From the human T2T-CHM13v2.0 reference genome, Homo sapiens: a stretch of 64,000 bases of DNA. Under the pieces are notes generated by a model. That model had not been told where the DNA came from, made no database searches, and saw nothing but the letters and a program-made list of their open reading frames with translations. Where the stretch lies: the NCBI RefSeq assembly GCF_009914755.1, contig NC_060925.1; one strand, 5' to 3'. A program made the position numbers and the translations under genes. Positions 55,911 through 64,000 of the stretch are shown one piece after another (position 1 is the first letter of the stretch; each line of letters opens with the position of its first letter).

Positions 55911-58900
55911 AAAGACTGTGGGTCAGAAGGATAAAGGAAATACATTTCTGTAGTAATGGAGCGGTGGGAGGAAAAGACCAACTGGCTGAAGCCATTAAAA
56001 CTCACCGTCAGTAAAAGTGATTTGCCTACTCAAATCTTAGAGTTGGGAAACTGCCATTTCCCTAACAAGACGATGCAAATCAGTTTATTTGCCTGTGGGG
56101 ACTGCATTTCTTTCTTCTTCTCCTTCCCCAAAGACATCTGTTGTAGGAGAAGAAATCTCAAGTATGCTGAGTAACTGCTTTGTGTCAGGTCCTGTATGGA
56201 GATCTTTCTTTTATACCCATCTAACACCTTTTCCAGGATGTAAATTCTACTAACTCCATTTTATAGAGGAGGAACCAAGTCTCAAGAGAGGTTGAGAGCT
56301 ACATCCAACATCCTAAGCTCTGGAGTGATACATCCTGGATTCAGATCCACTTCTGTTGAGCCAACATCAAGACTGGTGGGCTCCTTCCAAGGAGTCAAAG
56401 CTCTCCCTGGGCCCAGCCGGTACTCACCAAGGCTTCTGCGATGATACCTCTAGGTGCCAGACAGTCTTGAAAGCACTTCATCTATGGGCACTCAGTCATT
56501 TTCCCACAGGCTAGGTGGTTACGTTTTATTAGCCCCACTTCACCCCTGAGAGGAGGCAATTGAGTTAATTATTTGAGCTGAGAGCCCCTTGGTGGTATCA
56601 GCTGAGATAACTATCTCAGCTCCTGGCTGCCAGCCCTAACCAGAGCTTTTGTTCGTTATCTTCCCTCAGAGAAACTCAGCACTCAATTGCTCATTAACAT
56701 GATTTGGATAATTTTCTCAACAGCCCTCCAGTGGAGCAGCTAAAGGAGAAACTGTAAAAGCCTGTGCCATTCAGATTGCCCCCACCCCCAACCTTGCTCT
56801 TTCTTTCTTAAGTAGTGGAGAAAGACAGATCTGCATTTGAATTCTGGCTAGGACATTCACTTGCTGGGTGATCCTTATTATTTCCTCTCCCTAGGCTCCC
56901 CATTCCTCATTTGTAAAATGAGAATATAAATACCACTTGCTTCATGAGTTGTTTCAAGGACTAAACCAGAAGGAAGTTAGCAAGAGGGAGGGAGGTTGGT
57001 TGGTTTATGGAGTGCCTAATGGGGAACAGAAAATGCATGGACAATATTATTTGATCATCACAATGATCCTATGAAATTAAGAAAAGGAAACTGAGTGACA
57101 GAGCGATTTACTCAAAATTTTACAGCTAGCAATTATATGTAAGGGCAATGATTCAAACACAGTCTGGGTGACAAAAAAGCCTAACCTATCACTCTCATTT
57201 GCTCTTCTTCAATGTTCCTTATTCAATTTTTTGGTTCTTTATTCTCTTTCATTCTTTCTCATTCACTCTTATTTGCTCCCTTTCTTTCATTCTTAGTCTT
57301 TCCTATTTCCCTATATAACCAGCTAGAAAAAAGGAAAGATAAAAGATTGGACAAAGATATAGCAGTCCGGGTAGTAGATGAGAGGTCTGAGCCCTGGTCG
57401 TTTGTGTAGACTCTGAGACTGAGAGAGAGACAATTAGAGATTGGGTGGGTTAGGAAAGCAAAGAGAGTCTTTCCTGTATGGATTTACATTCCGAGGGTCA
57501 AGGCCAAACATAAGGTGAATATTTAACCCCTGCAACAACTCCTGTAAGTAAAAAAGAAAACTCCCATCTTTTTCTTCTATCTCAACTTCATAGGTGAGGC
57601 TCAAATCTCACCTAGAGCCTGAGTTCAAAGCTCTGGCTCTGCCACTTTAGCAGTGAGACTTTGGACAAAGCCCTCCACATCCCCTTAGTCTCAGTTTCCT
57701 CCTCTGGGCATGGTAGAAACATCCCTGCCCCCAGGATTTAGGTGAGTACTAAACTAGATCAGGCAGGTGCAATGCTCAGCGCCCTGCTTGGCACCCAACA
57801 AGTGCTTGGCAGTATTAGTCTTTTCTGCCCTCATTAACCCAATGACTAACTTATAACCCTGCTTTCCTCAAAACTCTTCTCCAACATAAAGGTCTTTTGT
57901 AAATGTGAACTTTTCCCTTTCTGCAGACTTCCCATGGTGATCTGGCCCCTTTAACTACAGAGATGTCAAGGAATCTTTGTGAATCAGCCATCAAGTGTGG
58001 GTTGCTTGACGTGACTGTGGGGTTAACTTACAAGTGACTAATTTTTGGAGGCGAGATTTTGTACCCTTCCCACTGGTAGCACCATGGCTGGGTGTAATTA
58101 CTTAGCTGATGAGTTTACTGAGGGGCTCCTTAAAGTTTCAGTATTAATATCCATATGAATACTTTCAACAAAACCTTTTGTTCTTGGAGTAGGGGATGTG
58201 GGAGGTAGTTACAGGAACTGTCTTGCTTTTCCAAATTTAATTGTCTAAATACAGTGCTGCCTCAGCAATCCAGGACATTTTTCTCACTCTTCTTTCTTAA
58301 CAGACCTCTGCCAAAAGCCTACTTTGGCAACAGGAATGATTAGTTTGTGTTTCAGTAAACTTGCTGCATCAGAGTCACTATCCCAGCAGGGGCAGGGGGA
58401 GTTGAAATGTGCTCTATTTAACCAGTTTGAACTGTTATTTATTCGAATTGAGTCTGGGGCAGAGGTTGTGGGAGTTTTTGATAAGAGGAACTTAATGGCT
58501 CATAAGCAAGTCATCTCTCTTTTAGCAGATACTTTGGACTACACATGAATGTCCTAATCACAGTCTCCCTAAAGGTAGATCAGCCCCCTTTCCAGAGTCT
58601 GCTGAATTACTCACATTGTTCAGAGCGCTCAGCATTCTGCAAAGCTTTGTTAAATTAATCTTCACAACAACACCCAGGCGGAAGAAGTATCATTAGCACT
58701 CTCATTTTGCAGGGGGGAAACTAAGTCTCAGAGAAATTAAGGAATTTGCCTAAGTTTGCATCGAAATAAAGTGGGAGCATCAGCATCTTACCCAGGTTTG
58801 TCTGATTTCAGAGCCTGCGCTCATACTCCTCTGGTATTTGCAGCAGTTTTGGGGCTTCTGGCACACCACTCTGAGGCTTGCACAGGACCATGGATTTTAT

Positions 58901-58920
58901 AACTGGAGGGGACCTGTAGG

Positions 58921-59023
58921 TAGGGCGACCAACCGTCCTGTTTGCCTAGGAATGATGGGGTTCCTGTGACGTGAGACTTTCAGTTTTCAGGACCAGTCAA
59001 ACTAGGATGAGTTGGTCACCCTA
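58921..59023. mobile_element. MER81 hAT-Blackjack MITE
   Basis: Terminal inverted repeats TAGGGCGACCAACCGTCC...GGATGAGTTGGTCACCCTA. Confidence 0.88.
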
Positions 59024-59354
59024 TGGGATGAAAGGCTGCTGAAACTACCAAAAGAGATAAAAAGTGAAAAAGCTTCTAGACTAATATGAGGTATTCTTAT
59101 TACCTTTCCCCCTCTAAATTTGCAGATGAGAAAACTGAGGCTCAGAGAGGAAAAGTGACTTACCCAAGGTCACACATTTCATGAGTAGATGGAGCAGTAA
59201 TTGGAAAACAGATCTTGGGATTCTCAAATCATTTCTCTTTTCCAATAAGGGAGGCTGCAGAGTTCAAGCCAAGGAGCACCTATTGAGCTCCTACTGCATG
59301 AGCAGTTAAGCTGTGGGTTAGCAAATACCCAGGAGAAATAGGAGGTGTCCAGGT

Positions 59355-59547
59355 AATGCTGTCAAGTAGAACTTTCCATGATGATGAAAATGTCCAATAT
59401 CAATGCTGTCCAACACACTAGTCACTAGCCATATGCAGCTTCTGAGTACTGAAATGTGACTACAGTAACAGATAAACTGAAGTGTTCTATTTAATTTTAA
59501 TTTAAATCATCATGCATGACAAGTCGCTACCACATTGCAAAGCACTG
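59355..59547. mobile_element. MER3-type hAT MITE
   Basis: GCTGTC..TAGAACTTTCCATGATGATGAAAATGT...GCTACCACATTG..AGCACTG. Confidence 0.8.
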
Positions 59548-61545
59548 GTCAAATGGATATGATTAGTATTTCAGAAGCATTTTATTTCAGAGAACAGATT
59601 CTGTAGTGTGCACATTCTTGAAGAGGAAATGCTTTTTTTTGGAAGGGAAGATGGGGCAGAAAAGAAGTACCATTCATGGATGGCATACTGACATACTGAA
59701 TAGCAGCACTGAAGTTAACATTGCTCCCTTACTCTTCCAACAAGCTTGTGCAATGGGCATCATCTTTCCTAGTTTATGAGTGAGGAAAGTGAAACCCACA
59801 GGAATTCAGTAAACTGCCCAAGGTCTTATTTGTAGAATGGGAATTTGAACCCGGGCCTGAATCTAAATCAGGTCCTCTATCCCATGCATTACCAACTTGA
59901 ATGTACATATGAAACATCTGCAGATCTTGTTGAAGTTCTGATTCTAGAGGACTGTGACTGGTGATTCTTCCTTTATAACAAGCTCCCAGGTGATGCGAAG
60001 TCTGTGGCTCATGGGCCACACATTAGCCAGAAAAATTCTCTCTCTTTTAATAAACCAAAACTTCCTCCCTTCCTTAACAATCAAGAAACACCAGATACCT
60101 ACAGAAAGGAGGATAAATTACAAGTTGTAAAGTAATGATTAAAGTTCTGAGAAAGAAAGTGTGCCCTTGTTGACTTGAAAGAGGGCACCTTCCCCATTGG
60201 GCAGTGGAGTGGCTCTTCACCAGGCGAGGTTCACCTGCCATCCAGTCACATCTCAGTTTCATCAGATAATGCAAAATCAGCCAGGAAAGGGTTTTTAATC
60301 CAAAGGGTGGGGTAGTCTAAAGAACATGTGCTTTGGAATGAGGCTGGTTTGGGGAAGAATCCCAGTTCTTCCCCTCTCCAGTGATATGACTGTGTATGAA
60401 TCATCCATCCCTCTGAGCCTCCATTTTCACCCCGGGGAAAATGAGGATGAGCATTTGTAATTCATGGAGATGTATTAATAGTAAAGACCAAGAGAAATCC
60501 TATGTGTAAAGTGCTTGACAGAGCGCACACTTAATAAATGAGTGTCTCCTCTGCCCCTCTTTTTCCCTGGCCCTCTCGCTCGTTCCCACCCTTCCTGTTT
60601 TTCTCACCTCTTTTAGGAAATCTTCTCCAAGGGCAACTCTGAGTGGTGAAGACAGGATGGAGTCAGTTGACTCTAGACCTTGTCCCAGTCTACTACTTTC
60701 TACTATGACCTCCAGCAGGGCTGGGAGCTACACAGGCCAGGGACTTTGTTTTCTTCCCCGTCTTTCCTCAGGGCCCATCACAGAAATGCCTTTAGGCCCT
60801 CTTCACCACCTCACATCTGCATCTCAACTCCAGGTGGGAAACACAGAAAAGAGAAAGAGAGAGTGTGTGTGTATGCGAGAGCACTAGTCTCATCACTAAA
60901 TTGTCGGTGCTGAAATCCAAATAACTTTAATTTTAAAAATTAATTATGTGATCTCTTTGACAGGCAGCAGAGTTCATATCAAGGGCCCATGTTTTAACTG
61001 AATATAATGAATTTTTTTTTTCACCTTGGAAGAGTCTTAGAGGCAAGATTAGAATGTTCATCTAAAAGGAGTGCAAATTTCTTCAACCATTCCCACGGAG
61101 GAAGGTGAGCTCAGACTCACTTTCATCTGTCCCTCTCCCCCATGTGCTTGGCCAGGGTAAGGGACCTCAGGAGGGCCCCCCCAGTCTCCCAGACAGCTGA
61201 CTCTCCCTGTGTAAATAATTCTAATGCTCTCAGTTATTCACTACTCATCTGAGCCACCTATTGAACTATAAGCTTCAGAATTAGCTTTGTACAACCCACA
61301 CCCAGCACAGGGTCTGGCATTTATATGTGTTCATAAATGCAACAAATAAACATTTATTAAAATGCATTGATTTGTTCAGTTTTGTTTATACCTCTGTGGT
61401 GGATTGCAATATTGATTCCAATTCTACAACCCACCCACTGCCATCTTTTCCACAGCTAAGCCCCCTCCACGCTTCTACCATCCACACACATGCACTTTCT
61501 GATGCTGTAGGTTTCGGGTGAGACCAGAAGAACCTCAATTATTAA

Positions 61546-61936
<391 letters not shown>

Positions 61937-63334
61937 TAGTTTTCACCTTTAAATTTTAAAGGTTACTTTTGCAGGCCTCAGGCATGACGGACAATGAGCA
62001 GGTGAAAAACCAATAGAAAAGTGTTCAAAAACTCCTGTGTTAACTAACAGGCTTCTGAATGTATCACTGTGGTCCACAGAGAAGGCTAGAGAAAGTAGCA
62101 AGAAGATGCTATGTCAACTACTACAGCCTTAAAACAAAGGTGGTGTCTATGTAGCTGAAATTTTTCCTATGTAGCTTGTGTTATTTTTGTTTAATCAAGC
62201 AAATAAGAGGGTTTTTCCATGGCAAACAAACAAACTCCAATGCATACCTTCTTTTCTTCTTTTTAACAATGAATAAAAAAAGGAAAGAAGGTACAGTTCT
62301 AAATTGACCCAATTTATTTTTCTTTTCTAAATGAGATTAAGATAAAAGTTGGAGAGAGGCCACTCAGATATGCTCAGAAATGATAGCTCAGCTTCTAACG
62401 GTTACTCAGCTTACATCTGATTAAGGTTTTCTGTAAAACGAAATTGTTCCTCATACCAGGCCGACTGGACCTGGACAGCTCTAGTCTGGGTCCTGGCCTC
62501 ACAGTGCTGGGTCTCTCCGGGGCCCAGGCTAGGGACTGGAGATCCTGAGCTCCTGTCATTTCCCTCCCCTCCTTCCTTCCTTCCTTCCTTCTCCCCTGGC
62601 AAAGACTGTATCCTGTTGCTCTGAGCAAGGCCCAAGAGAAAGGCCAGCAACAGGTTATTGTGCTGGGAAGGAAGACAAATGAGTCCCTTTTCTGTGGGGC
62701 TCCTGGCATCCTGTTGGAGGAAGGAAAGGACAATGCTTTGAGGGAACTGGCTTTGCCGACCCCCTCCTGGCAGGCTCTCCCCTCTCCTTTCCGGTGTACC
62801 GTTTGTCAGCCCCAAAGCCTCCACTTCCTGAGTAATCACTAGATGCACGTGTGAGGTATGTGGTTCCCCCCCATGCCCAAGGCAGATTCCTGGCCCCACT
62901 TCAGGAAGTGCAGCTCAAAGAGCCCTGGACCAGGACCCTGAAACAAGGGAGAGTCTTGGCTCCTCTCTCTCTACCAGGGTAGCTATTGCCAGATCATTTC
63001 ACATCTTAGGGCCTCTGTTATGGCAATTGTGTAAGTGCCTTCTGCACACTTGAAACTGCCCCCTGCATCAGGGATTCCCACACCTGCCTGTGCATCTGAG
63101 TCACCTGGGGAGCTCTGTTGCCCTACACTCTTCATATGCCCTGCCTGGACTCCAGGCAAAACAAGCAGACACTCCATCCCCAGAAATGTTCTGTGGTAAT
63201 TCCAGTTCCCCTGAAATTAAAAACAAAAAACAAACAAACAAAAAAACTACCCTTCGTATCCTCTTACCTAGCTCTTTCCTATCCCCCTTCAATAAAGTGG
63301 TGGATTGATAGGTACACAGATACAAGAAGCAGTA

Positions 63335-63588
63335 AGGAGTAGTGGCTAGGAGAGTGAATTTCAGAGACAGACTTCCAGCAATCAAAGCCCAGATCCACCA
63401 CTAGATATGTAAGCTTGGGTAGAACTTCGAACCGTTAGGTGCTTGCTTTTACTTATCTGTAAAATGGTAATAATAATAATATTACTTTCTAGGACTGTTG
63501 TAGGTTTAGGCTAATATGTTCAAAGCCTTTAATATAGAATTTAGCTGATCGAGGATACTATATAATGGTTAACTATTATTATTATTAT
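63335..63588 (+). mobile_element. MIR SINE, near full length
   Basis: GTAGTGGCTAGGAG...TTATCTGTAAAATGGTAATAATAAT...TATTATTATT. Confidence 0.75.
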
Positions 63589-64000
63589 CCCAGAGGTTCA
63601 TTGAACATACAATGAATTTTTTTTTTCTGGACCTAATATCAAGCCAAGCACTGGCGACTTAGGAATGAATATGACACATTTCCTGCCCTCAAGAAGTTTT
63701 CAAGTCAGTAGGGAAGTCAGACTTATGAAGAACCAATTCTAACAAAATATTGTTACAGGATGGATCTCCCTAGGAAGCAGGCTCAGAAGGTGTTTAGCAC
63801 TCAGGATGTTCTCAGGGAATGCCTTGAGATGAACACTTGTGGAAGAGGGAAAGGCCACAATCAGGACTGGCAGAGCGAGAAGGCAAAGCATGATGCAGGC
63901 TCTAAAACTATCTTGGCCAACCCCACCAACAGCTCTGGAACTAAAATGACCCTTCAGAGTTGTCAAAAGTGAAGCCAAGAAAGCCAGAGCTCTTTATACT

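Overview
Primate (most likely human or great-ape) non-coding genomic DNA, intronic or intergenic. It is dense in interspersed repeats: about 17 Alus (J, S and Y types), many MIR and L2 relics, L1 3' ends, solo MaLR/ERVL/ERV1 LTRs and hAT/Tc1-mariner MITEs. No protein-coding exon, RNA gene or CRISPR array can be supported; the listed ORFs are repeat-derived or chance. The most unusual structure is at about 29.1-30.45 kb. A head-to-head Alu pair encloses a pair of diverged inverted arms, which enclose an AT-rich tract with perfect palindromes. Inside that tract sit two near-perfect templated copies of local DNA: 28 bp from 26424-26451 and 48 bp from 32015-32062. This looks like a fossil repair scar at a cruciform-prone site. 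Also present are a 157-bp tandem duplication, a 35-bp x3 minisatellite and several unique-sequence motif clusters that may be enhancers. Repeat family names come from recalled consensus sequences, not from a RepeatMasker run, and boundaries of old elements are approximate.
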